IMG/VR virus record: IMGVR_UViG_3300027815_000080
Span: 17,358-81,357 of that record
Reading direction: 5' to 3' (one strand)
DNA from: a virus
DNA: 64,000 nucleotides
In this document: piece after piece, positions 8,427-16,279 of the stretch
Numbering within the stretch: the stretch's first letter is position 1
How the letters are laid out: every line of letters begins with the position of its first letter
The notes under the pieces: model-generated
The model's input: only the letters and a program-made list of their open reading frames with translations
The model's database searches: none
What the model was told of the DNA's origin: nothing
Position numbers and translations under genes: made by a program

Positions 8427-11062
8427 TGGCCGACGAGCTCGAGATCGACGCAGCCATCGAGGATCCGGGGGAAGCACCCGGTCTCGCGCCGGTCTATGCC
8501 CCCAGCCCCACGGCGGAGGAGGCCATCCGAGCCTTCGCCAACGGGCCGGTCACCGAACTCCGGCTCGTCGAACTCGAGGGCGCCCGCGGCGAGGGCAAGA
8601 CCACCGCGGGGATCTGGTGCTGTGCCTCGCTCGCCGAGCGGGTCATCGCCGACGGGCGCTCGAGCGCCCTGCCACTCAAGGTGGCCGTGGTCCGGGACAC
8701 CTGGGTCAACCTCCAGCGGACCACCGTAGACTCCTTCATACAGGCCCGGGCGAAGGGCGCCCGGATCGAGTTCTTCAACCAGCAGCACGACTGCATCCTG
8801 TACGACGACGAGGGGTTCGCGCTCTGCCACTTCTACTTCTTCGGGCTCGACCGGCCGGACCAGGCCGACAACCTCCAGGGGTTCCAGTGCGCGGTCCTCT
8901 GGCTCGAGGAGATTGCGCCGGCCGCGACGATGTCGGCGGGGATCCCGGCCGAGGCGCTCGGCTTGGGCGTCACCTCGGTCCGGCAGGAACGGATCCCGGG
9001 CCGGATCCTCCTGACTTTCAACCCGCCGCCGCCTGACCACTGGGTCGTCACCCTCGAGGACACCCTCGCCAACATCCCCGGGATGGAGTTGCAGAACATC
9101 CGCATCGTGCGGTACGTGTTCACCCCGGGCGAGAAGAGCGCCCACTTCCGAGCGCTCGCGGAGGAGGCCGAGACCGACGAGGAGCGGAAGGCCTGGACCG
9201 AGGCGGCCGACGCCTTCGACAACTACCGGGCCCGCAACCTGATCTTCCTCGAGGCGATTGGCCGCAGCGACCTCGCCTCCCGCCTCGTCAAGGGCCATCG
9301 CGTGGCGGTGCAGGAAGGCGAGGCGCTGGTCCGGTCATTCAGCCGGGCCCACCACGTTGCCAAACAGCCCATTCAGATTCTCATCGGCATCCCGATCCTC
9401 CGCTGCTGGGACTTCGGCCTTTGTTACGATGACCAGACTGAGGTCCTCACTGAATCCGGCTGGGCATTGTTCCGAGATCTAGTTGGTGACGAACGTCTAG
9501 CCACGAGGCACCCAGAGAGCGGCGGACTTGAGTACCAGGCCCCCATCCGGCTAGTGCGAGAGCCACACGCCGGACCGATGTTGTCCTATCAAAACCAGAA
9601 CCTCGACATGGTTGTCACGCCAGAACATTTGCTGCCTGTGTTCCGAGAGTATGCCGGAACTGGCCGTTGGAGGACGACGACCGAGAAGCGCACAGCGGCG
9701 TGGTTAGCCGCTCGAGCCAATCCCCATGCGGCCGTGCCACTACGGGCCGCTTGGGGTGGGTCCGATCCTCACGAGGCTGGCACTCAGAAATGGACCGCCT
9801 CGGTCTGGGCCAGATTTTGTGGGTGGTGGCTGACGGAAGGATCAGTTCGCAAGGGGCTGGTGACGATCTATCAAGAAAAGGCAGCCCCCGGCCTTGTGCG
9901 TCTCCTTGCCGAGACTGGTTTGCCGTGGCGAGAGGCGCGTGCTTACGGTCGCCGCGTCGGTTGGCGAGTCTGGTGTCCGGCCTTGGCTGATGAGGTTAGG
10001 GGCTGGAATAAGCGGACCCCGAGGCCGCTGACCAAGATGAGCATCGAGACCATCCGGGAGTTCCTGGGCGCGGTCGTGGCTGGCGACGGTCACCATCGTC
10101 CTGGCAAGGACAGGGTTATCTTCACGGCGAGCCGCGGGTTTGCCGATGATCTACAGGAAGTGGCGATGTTGGCTGGCTGGTACGCTCGAATCACTCCTCG
10201 ATCGGCCGCAGTCAGTCGAGTGATCCGAGATCGGCAAGGCCGCGAGCACAGAGCCAACGGCCGCGGTGGCTACGTGGTTGCCCTCAAGACCAAGGCCACG
10301 CGGTCGTGTTTGATTGGATCCAGGTGGAAGACCATTGACTACCGCGGGGCACGCTACTGCGCGACTGTGCCCAACGGGACGCTCTATGTTCGCCGCAACG
10401 GGATCGCCCACTGGAATGGCAACACGCCCTCGACGGTCTGGTGCCAGTGCGGGGCCGACTGGATCAACATCCTGGGCTCGCGGCGATCCGACCACGACGG
10501 CATGGAGCAGCACATCCTCAACCACGTACTCCCGTTCCAAGAGAAGTACGGAATCGGCCGGCCCAAGCCTGGCTCCGGGTTCGGGAAGGGGGCCAAGGGG
10601 GGCTTCGAGTTCGAGGACATCGGCGACCCGGCGGGGCTGTCCATGTCCCCCGTGAACAGCGAGCAGACGGCCGCCCGGGTCATCGAGGCGTACCTCGGGA
10701 CCTTCTTCCAGCCGGGCCCGGTGGAGTGGTCGGCCCGCCGCGAGGCGCTCCAGTCGGCCTTCTGGCGGAAGGGTGGGGCCGGCAAGCGCATGTTCGTGCA
10801 GATCGACCCGGACGAGAACGAGGAGCTCATCATGTCCCTTGACGGCCGGGCCCACTACCCCAAGGACATCCGGACGGGGCGCATCGTCGAGACGGTCGAG
10901 GCGCTGAAGCGGGCGAGCGGGAAGTGGTTCCAGTCCCTCGACGCCCTGGGCTACGGTTTAGCTGTGAAATTTCCAGCCGATGAATGGTTGCGGGCACGTC
11001 TTCGAGAGAAGGCTCCGAGCACCCCAGGCCAAGCGCCACCAGGCAGTTGGCTCGGGAGGTAA
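8426..11062 (+). CDS. terL: Terminase large subunit containing an intein
   Basis: Walker A GARGEGKTT, Walker B VLWLEE, LTFNPP motif, nuclease WDFG; C-terminal DALGYG. Confidence 0.88.
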   Translation: MADELEIDAAIEDPGEAPGLAPVYAPSPTAEEAIRAFANGPVTELRLVELEGARGEGKTTAGIWCCASLAERVIADGRSSALPLKVAVVRDTWVNLQRTTVDSFIQARAKGARIEFFNQQHDCILYDDEGFALCHFYFFGLDRPDQADNLQGFQCAVLWLEEIAPAATMSAGIPAEALGLGVTSVRQERIPGRILLTFNPPPPDHWVVTLEDTLANIPGMELQNIRIVRYVFTPGEKSAHFRALAEEAETDEERKAWTEAADAFDNYRARNLIFLEAIGRSDLASRLVKGHRVAVQEGEALVRSFSRAHHVAKQPIQILIGIPILRCWDFGLCYDDQTEVLTESGWALFRDLVGDERLATRHPESGGLEYQAPIRLVREPHAGPMLSYQNQNLDMVVTPEHLLPVFREYAGTGRWRTTTEKRTAAWLAARANPHAAVPLRAAWGGSDPHEAGTQKWTASVWARFCGWWLTEGSVRKGLVTIYQEKAAPGLVRLLAETGLPWREARAYGRRVGWRVWCPALADEVRGWNKRTPRPLTKMSIETIREFLGAVVAGDGHHRPGKDRVIFTASRGFADDLQEVAMLAGWYARITPRSAAVSRVIRDRQGREHRANGRGGYVVALKTKATRSCLIGSRWKTIDYRGARYCATVPNGTLYVRRNGIAHWNGNTPSTVWCQCGADWINILGSRRSDHDGMEQHILNHVLPFQEKYGIGRPKPGSGFGKGAKGGFEFEDIGDPAGLSMSPVNSEQTAARVIEAYLGTFFQPGPVEWSARREALQSAFWRKGGAGKRMFVQIDPDENEELIMSLDGRAHYPKDIRTGRIVETVEALKRASGKWFQSLDALGYGLAVKFPADEWLRARLREKAPSTPGQAPPGSWLGR
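9422..10423 (+). mobile_element. Intein with LAGLIDADG homing endonuclease (334 aa) in TerL
   Basis: Starts CYDDQTEVLT, block B VTPEH, FCGWWLTEGS and FLGAVVAGDG, ends YCATVPNGTLYVRRNGIAHWNGN followed by Thr. Confidence 0.92.
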
Positions 11063-11064
11063 CG

Positions 11065-11667
11065 ATGCCCACAATGCGGATCAACCTGGACAGGCGCTCG
11101 GAAGACATGGTGGCGATCCGGCTGATACGGCCGGTCCCATTGGCCACCATGACGGCGCTGCGCGAGCAGGACGCGCCGATCCTGCTGGCGCCGCCGCCCA
11201 TGACCTTCGGACGGGCCGAGTGGTCGGTGCTGGTCACCTCTGGCCTGATCCACGCGCTCGGGCTCCCGGGTGGGTGGTGGGACTGGGACACGGTGACCGC
11301 GTTCCGGGCGCCAGAGGTGACCGAGCAGGATCACCTGCTCATCGTCGCCAGCCTGTTCCTTCAGGGCCACGAGTTCGGCCTGGACCAATACCTACCCGAC
11401 AGGATCTCGGCCGGGGCGGCCCGGCTCAGCCGCCATGCCGCCGAGTACCGGGAGCGGGAGAGCATCCAGACCCCGATGGCTCCCTGGCCTCAGGTCGTGG
11501 CCCCCCTCCTCGAGCACGCCGTCGATAAGACCCACATCGAGACCCTCATGGACCTCGCCAAGCATGGCGAGGAGGCCACCTTCAAGGACCTTGCCCAGAC
11601 CCTCGGGGTCCCGGCCGAGAAGCTCGACGAGCTCTGGACTGGCACTGTACGGAGAGTGAAGCCATGA
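11065..11667 (+). CDS. Hypothetical protein (200 aa)
   Basis: GGAGGT SD before ATG 11065. Confidence 0.7.
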   Translation: MPTMRINLDRRSEDMVAIRLIRPVPLATMTALREQDAPILLAPPPMTFGRAEWSVLVTSGLIHALGLPGGWWDWDTVTAFRAPEVTEQDHLLIVASLFLQGHEFGLDQYLPDRISAGAARLSRHAAEYRERESIQTPMAPWPQVVAPLLEHAVDKTHIETLMDLAKHGEEATFKDLAQTLGVPAEKLDELWTGTVRRVKP

Positions 11668-12053
11668 AGATGGGTCAGTGGGCCGTGCCGGTCCTGATCG
11701 TCGCGCTGACAGCCACCGGGACCCTGTACCTCGCCCGCCAGGACCGCGCCGTGAAGGTCACCGACCAGGGCGTGCCGGTCCAGCCTCCGGCCCCGAAGTG
11801 GGAGATGCCTGGCTACCGTCAGCCGGTGCTGGCCCAGCCGGTGCCAGGCCAAGAGCAGGCGGCGCCGGGCCGCAACAACCCGACCGCGGTGCCGGTGCCG
11901 GGCGGGGTCATCCGCTCGCTGGACAAGATCAACGCAGCCGCGGCGCGGGTGGGGTGCCCGGTGCTGGTTCCGAACGATCCAGCGGGAAAGCTCCTGGATG
12001 TCGCGGAGTGCTTAGGCGAAAAGGCCGTGCAAACTGCCCCGGGGCAAAAGTGA
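11664..12053 (+). CDS. Membrane-anchored or secreted Pro-rich protein
   Basis: N-terminal hydrophobic segment; ATGA overlap. Confidence 0.65.
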   Translation: MKMGQWAVPVLIVALTATGTLYLARQDRAVKVTDQGVPVQPPAPKWEMPGYRQPVLAQPVPGQEQAAPGRNNPTAVPVPGGVIRSLDKINAAAARVGCPVLVPNDPAGKLLDVAECLGEKAVQTAPGQK

Positions 12054-12325
12054 CACAGGGCTTCCGCAGCCGCAGCCCGAACAAGCCGAAGCCCCCGACC
12101 GTGTACGCCTTCACCTGCGAGGTCAAGGTGGCGCCCTTCATCAAGGCCCATGGGCTCTCGGCGGAGGGGGGCCAGCGGTGGACGTGGGCTGGCCACGAGG
12201 CCACCCCGGCCACGACGGAGTGCGGCTATCGCTGCCTCACCGAGAACCAGCTGCTCGCCCACCTGATCGTGACCCACCGACTCCCGGCCCTCCGGGCCCG
12301 GAAGGTCGCCGAGGTGGTGGGCTGA
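12050..12325 (+). CDS. Small protein with C2H2-like zinc finger
   Basis: C...CGYRC...LLAHLIVTH. Confidence 0.55.
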   Translation: MTQGFRSRSPNKPKPPTVYAFTCEVKVAPFIKAHGLSAEGGQRWTWAGHEATPATTECGYRCLTENQLLAHLIVTHRLPALRARKVAEVVG

Positions 12326-12327
12326 CC

Positions 12328-12924
12328 GTGGGCAAGCCGGTCCCGCCTGACGCTGAGTTCCTCGCCGGCCTCCGGGTCAACCCCGCCTACAAGGGCATCG
12401 ACCTCGAGCGCGAGCTCGCCCGGATGGACGCCTGGCTGACCATCCCGAAGAACCGCGGCCGGGTGAAGAGCCGGGGCTTCATCGTCAACTGGCTGAACAA
12501 GGTGGACGCCGCGGTCGAGACGCCCGCCGACCAGCCCCGGATGAACCCCACCAACAAGGCGGTGGCGGAGCGGGCGCTCGAGCGCGGGCCCGGGGATCCC
12601 CGCGCCGCCTTCGTCCGGGCCCTGACCACGATGGCCGCCGTGTTCAGGCTCGAGGTGGATGACCTCCTGCTCGAGGCCTACTGGGAGGCGCTGCGCGGGT
12701 GGCCCACGCCGGCGCTCGAGGCCGGGGCTCGACGCCTGATCGCCAGCAACATCCACTTCCCCCGGCCGGCCGAGTGGGGCGAGGCCGCGAAGCAGTGGGT
12801 CCTGGAGAAGCGGGAGCAGGAGCGCCGCGGCCGCCGGGCTCTGGCCCAGTCCACCGAGCCCCCGCTCCGGGCCGCAGAGGTCCGCGCCATGGTCAAGGAC
12901 CTGGCCGCGAAGCTGTCGCTATGA
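12328..12924 (+). CDS. Replication-associated protein (initiator C-terminal-like plus helicase-loader-like region)
   Basis: ELARMDAWL...FIVNWLNK resembles phage initiator C-termini; YWEAL...HFPRPAE resembles phage helicase loaders. Confidence 0.5.
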   Translation: MGKPVPPDAEFLAGLRVNPAYKGIDLERELARMDAWLTIPKNRGRVKSRGFIVNWLNKVDAAVETPADQPRMNPTNKAVAERALERGPGDPRAAFVRALTTMAAVFRLEVDDLLLEAYWEALRGWPTPALEAGARRLIASNIHFPRPAEWGEAAKQWVLEKREQERRGRRALAQSTEPPLRAAEVRAMVKDLAAKLSL

Positions 12925-13103
12925 CCCGCCCACCCAGAGGGACGGGCTACTGCCACGGCTGCGCCCGCCGGATCCTCCTGGCCACCAACGGGAAGCTCTT
13001 CCTCCACAGCAACAACCCGAAGGAGCCGGCAGAGGCCCGGACCCACTGCCACGGATCCATGACCCGGCTCTACGAACCCGGCCCCGACCAGGAGACCCCA
13101 TGA
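12921..13103 (+). CDS. Small Cys/His hypothetical protein
   Basis: CHGC...H...CHGS; ATGA overlap. Confidence 0.55.
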   Translation: MTRPPRGTGYCHGCARRILLATNGKLFLHSNNPKEPAEARTHCHGSMTRLYEPGPDQETP

Positions 13104-13462
13104 TCGACTACCGCGCCGAGGTGGCCAAGGACCTTGATCGGGCCGAGTGGCTCATCAAGCGGCTCCCCGAGTATGATGTGCTCGACTCCGCAGCCGGGCT
13201 GCTCCCCTTCGCTCCGTCCGCGGCTCGCTTCGCCTGGCATATCCGCCTGACGCTCGTCCTCGAGGACCGGACCGTCGCCAACGCGGTCCGGCTGACGACG
13301 GCAACCAAAGACTTCCCGGCCGACCTCTTCGAGTCCGCCCGGGTCGTCCTCGCCTCCTGGTACGAGGATGTCTGGCTCACGACCCGCGGCTACCTTGATC
13401 CCGGTGGAAACTGGACCGAGAAGGGCCTGAAGGAACTACACACCCCCGACAAGGAGACATGA
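13100..13462 (+). CDS. Hypothetical protein
   Basis: AGGAG SD; ORF track. Confidence 0.65.
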   Translation: MIDYRAEVAKDLDRAEWLIKRLPEYDVLDSAAGLLPFAPSAARFAWHIRLTLVLEDRTVANAVRLTTATKDFPADLFESARVVLASWYEDVWLTTRGYLDPGGNWTEKGLKELHTPDKET

Positions 13463-14047
13463 ATGAACCGAGCCCATCGGTACTCCGGCATGACCCTCGC
13501 CTTCGCCGTCGTCCTCAGCCTGATCGCCGGCATCGTCCTCGAGCAGGCCGTCATCCGCTCCAACCGGAAGCCGGAGATCCGCACCGTCATCCAGGCCCCT
13601 AACCACGTTGCCGGCAGCATCCAGCCGCAGGCGCCGGATGTCCGGCCACTCGGCACACGGTCGCTCATTACCGCCGCCGACTTCAACCGCTACGTCGTCC
13701 AGGTCTGCCCGAACGCCGGACTCCCCACCTACGCCACAGGGGATATAGTCCTCCACAGTGAGGCCCTCGCGTGCCTCGTCTCCGCAGCCCTGTCCACGCC
13801 AAGTAACAGAGAAGGGCAAGCCGGAGCCGTAACCCCGCAGCCCTTCGTCCTTCACCCAGGGAAGACCCCCCTGAGCGACCCCACCCAGGACGCCTACTAC
13901 CGGAGCCTGCTCAGGGACGGCCGCTTCCCGACCACCGGATCGGACCCGGGGAGGCCGAAGAACGACTGTTACCGGGAGTGGAAGGCCGGCGAGACGGTAC
14001 ACCTTCCGGCTGGCTGTCTGTTCGAGAATCCGGGGAGGCCGAAATGA
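13463..14047 (+). CDS. Membrane-anchored or secreted hypothetical protein
   Basis: Hydrophobic LAFAVVLSLIAGIVL; paired Cys in the ectodomain. Confidence 0.65.
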   Translation: MNRAHRYSGMTLAFAVVLSLIAGIVLEQAVIRSNRKPEIRTVIQAPNHVAGSIQPQAPDVRPLGTRSLITAADFNRYVVQVCPNAGLPTYATGDIVLHSEALACLVSAALSTPSNREGQAGAVTPQPFVLHPGKTPLSDPTQDAYYRSLLRDGRFPTTGSDPGRPKNDCYREWKAGETVHLPAGCLFENPGRPK

Positions 14048-14238
14048 AAGTCGATCGCCTCGAGATCGAACAAGCCGAGAACGGGTTCATCATCTACGCC
14101 CGCTGGCAGGATTTAACCAACCGGTTCGTGGCGCTCGACTGGGGCGAGACCCAAGAGATTCTGCACAAGGTCGAGTGGGTGCGCCAGCCGCAGACGAACG
14201 GTGCGCCGCCATCTGGCGTCCCGGAGCGTGCGCGATGA
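14044..14238 (+). CDS. Small hypothetical protein
   Basis: ATGA overlap; MKVDRLEIEQAENGFIIY. Confidence 0.6.
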   Translation: MKVDRLEIEQAENGFIIYARWQDLTNRFVALDWGETQEILHKVEWVRQPQTNGAPPSGVPERAR

Positions 14239-14390
14239 CCCACACCTACGCGGTCCTCGAAGTGTCGCAAGCCGTCTACGACGAGATCAGGGCCAAGCTC
14301 GAGGCCGCGGGGTACGATCACGCCTTTCACGAGGACCCAGACGTGATCGACATGCACGGGATCGCGTTGCAGGCTGAGGGGCCGCGGTGA
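14235..14390 (+). CDS. Small phage protein
   Basis: MTHTYAVLEVSQAVYDEIRAKLEAAGYDHAF...IDMHGIAL; ATGA overlap. Confidence 0.65.
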   Translation: MTHTYAVLEVSQAVYDEIRAKLEAAGYDHAFHEDPDVIDMHGIALQAEGPR

Positions 14391-14502
14391 ACCCCTGGAA
14401 GGTCATCGCGTTCATGCTGGGCGCCGGCATCCTCGTCATCCTCATCAAGGCGGCCGGGCACCTCCAGCGGATCGAGTTCGTGCTGAACGCCGGGTGTCTG
14501 TG

Positions 14503-14793
14503 ATGGCCTGCCGGATGAGGCATACCCTGATCGCGTGGGTCCTGATGGTGGCGGCTGGTGGGCAGGGCTACTTCGCCGTGAGTTTCGGGCCGCGCCCAAT
14601 GGCCGTGTTCTCGAGCGTCCGCGATTGCGACGTGGCCCGGGGCAAGCAGATCGAGGTGTACAGGCAATTCCTCACCCCGCCGATCAAATCTGGCTACGAC
14701 TACATCGAGGGCGTCGGCGTGAGTGGGCACGTTGACGCCGCCCAGTTCCGCCAGCTGTATATCCTGACCTGCGAACAGACAAGGGGGAGATGA
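14503..14793 (+). CDS. Secreted hypothetical protein flanked by 16-bp direct repeats (moron-like)
   Basis: Hydrophobic N-terminus; TGATGGCCTGCCGGAT at 14501 and 14791. Confidence 0.55.
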   Translation: MACRMRHTLIAWVLMVAAGGQGYFAVSFGPRPMAVFSSVRDCDVARGKQIEVYRQFLTPPIKSGYDYIEGVGVSGHVDAAQFRQLYILTCEQTRGR

Positions 14794-15053
14794 TGGCCTG
14801 CCGGATCAGCAAGAAGGTGTTCGACCGGATGGCCGGAGAGGAGGCCAAGGCCCATGGCCTGAAGGCTGTGGGGGCCCACGAGGAGGTCTACTCCGCGGAC
14901 GACTTCTACGCGGACTTCAGCCTCGCCGGGATCGCGCTCCAGACCGCCCTCCTCAACCGCAAGGCCATCCAGTCCCTCGTGGACGAGCCCGAGCAGGCGC
15001 GGCCGATCATCAGGAACCTGCTCCGCTGGGCCAAGGAGCACGGGGCGAGATAA
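14793..15053 (+). CDS. Hypothetical protein
   Basis: GGGGGAG SD; GC3 bias. Confidence 0.65.
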   Translation: MACRISKKVFDRMAGEEAKAHGLKAVGAHEEVYSADDFYADFSLAGIALQTALLNRKAIQSLVDEPEQARPIIRNLLRWAKEHGAR

Positions 15054-15056
15054 AGG

Positions 15057-15085
15057 TTGACAGCGTGACAACCCAAGGATAGGGT
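15057..15085 (+). promoter_or_regulatory. Sigma70-like promoter of the TTGAC-N5-GTCAA class
   Basis: TTGACA-N17-TAGGGT; TTGACagcgtGaCAA. Confidence 0.65.
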
Positions 15086-15176
15086 GAAGCCCACATGGAA
15101 CCGGACCTCAAGGGGGCAGTTATACCGTACGCTCCAAATAAGAGATTCAGGGATTGTTGGCCCAGGAGGCGAGCCG

Positions 15177-15371
15177 ATGAGCAAGCGCACCGTTCAAGTT
15201 CTCAGTAGCAAGGGGGACCGCCACTACACCGTGACCGTCGAGGACGGCAAGGCGACCAGCTGCGACCAGGAGTGCAAGGGCTGGTTCCACAACCAGAAGT
15301 GCCGGCACCTCGCCGACGCCGAGCGCCTCGACCGGGAGCAGACGGCCAAGGAGACCAAGGGGACGAGATGA
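15177..15371 (+). CDS. SWIM zinc-finger protein
   Basis: SSKGDRHYTV...SCDQEC...CRH; AGGAGG SD. Confidence 0.75.
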   Translation: MSKRTVQVLSSKGDRHYTVTVEDGKATSCDQECKGWFHNQKCRHLADAERLDREQTAKETKGTR

Positions 15372-15511
15372 GGCCCGGAGACCAAGCCGCCGCGCTGCTC
15401 TTCCTCCTGGAGTACGACCGCCGCCGCTGGCAGGACGCCAGCTTCCGGGAGGCCTACAACGCTCGCCGCCAGGCCGCGGCCTCTACCATGGTAGAGGTCA
15501 GGGGTAGGTGA
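15368..15511 (+). CDS. Small hypothetical protein
   Basis: ATGA overlap; contains palindrome copy at 15480. Confidence 0.5.
   Translation: MRPGDQAAALLFLLEYDRRRWQDASFREAYNARRQAAASTMVEVRGR
15480..15497. repeat. 18-bp palindrome CCTCTACCATGGTAGAGG
   Basis: Read directly. Confidence 0.9.
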
Positions 15512-15515
15512 CGCG

Positions 15516-16205
15516 GTGACAGGCGCGTGCCCTCGACATGCCGTGCCCTCCTCCACCTGTTCGCATCCGTGGTGTATGAAGAGCGACGCGGGCGTGGAGG
15601 CGGCACGTAAGATGCCCTGTAGCACTTGCGGTGGCGATTGGGCTCGCCACGTGATGGCCGCGGGCGCTCAACGGTCAGCCAGAGCAGCCAAGAACTATCA
15701 CCGCTGGGCGCCGAGCCCCGAGGCCATCGCCGCCCACACCGAGGCCGCCGTGAAGGGGAAGGAGGCGGAGATGCGGGAGCAGTTAGCCTCAATATGGCGG
15801 CTCCTGCGGGATTGCGCGGTTGAGACCATTCGCTCTCATATGGACGAGGTGACTGCATCCGTCGCGCTGGTGGTGAAGGGGAAGGACTATCCTGCGACGC
15901 CGCCTATTCCTGTATCCGTAGAACAGTGGTCCGATGCAGTAAAGCAGAAGTTGAAAGAAAAGCCTACGTGGAAAGATCGAGCGGCATGGAATCGTGAGAA
16001 GAAAGACCTGACGGCCCGCCTCGCCGCTGCGGAGGAGGAGCGGGATGAGGCGATGTCCCAAGGCTACGCCACTGGCTACGACGTTGGGAGAGACGAGCGC
16101 GACACCCTCAAGGCCGAGCGGGACGCGGAGACGCTGCGAGCCAACACGTATCTGGACAAGATCAAAGCCCTCACGGCCGTCAAGCAGGCACCGCAAACAA
16201 GGTGA
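15516..16205 (+). CDS. Mosaic hypothetical protein with C-terminal coiled coil
   Basis: ORF track; an AT-richer internal patch near 15780-16000 suggests chimerism. Confidence 0.5.
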   Translation: MTGACPRHAVPSSTCSHPWCMKSDAGVEAARKMPCSTCGGDWARHVMAAGAQRSARAAKNYHRWAPSPEAIAAHTEAAVKGKEAEMREQLASIWRLLRDCAVETIRSHMDEVTASVALVVKGKDYPATPPIPVSVEQWSDAVKQKLKEKPTWKDRAAWNREKKDLTARLAAAEEERDEAMSQGYATGYDVGRDERDTLKAERDAETLRANTYLDKIKALTAVKQAPQTR

Positions 16206-16242
16206 CACTCCTACTCAGGTGACGAGTCGGTGATTTTCCAGG

Positions 16243-16278
16243 TTGACGATCCGACAAACCATCCTCTACCATGGTAGA
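16243..16278 (+). promoter_or_regulatory. Methyltransferase promoter carrying both motif types
   Basis: TTGACG-N18-TACCAT; TTGACgatccGaCAA over the -35, TCTACCATGGTAGA (16265-16278) over the -10. Confidence 0.7.
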
Positions 16279-16279
16279 C

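Noticed and set aside
16201-16250. Short GGTGAC-like repeats before the methyltransferase promoter as iterons
   Set aside because: Only 6 bp, irregular spacing, expected by chance in GC-rich DNA
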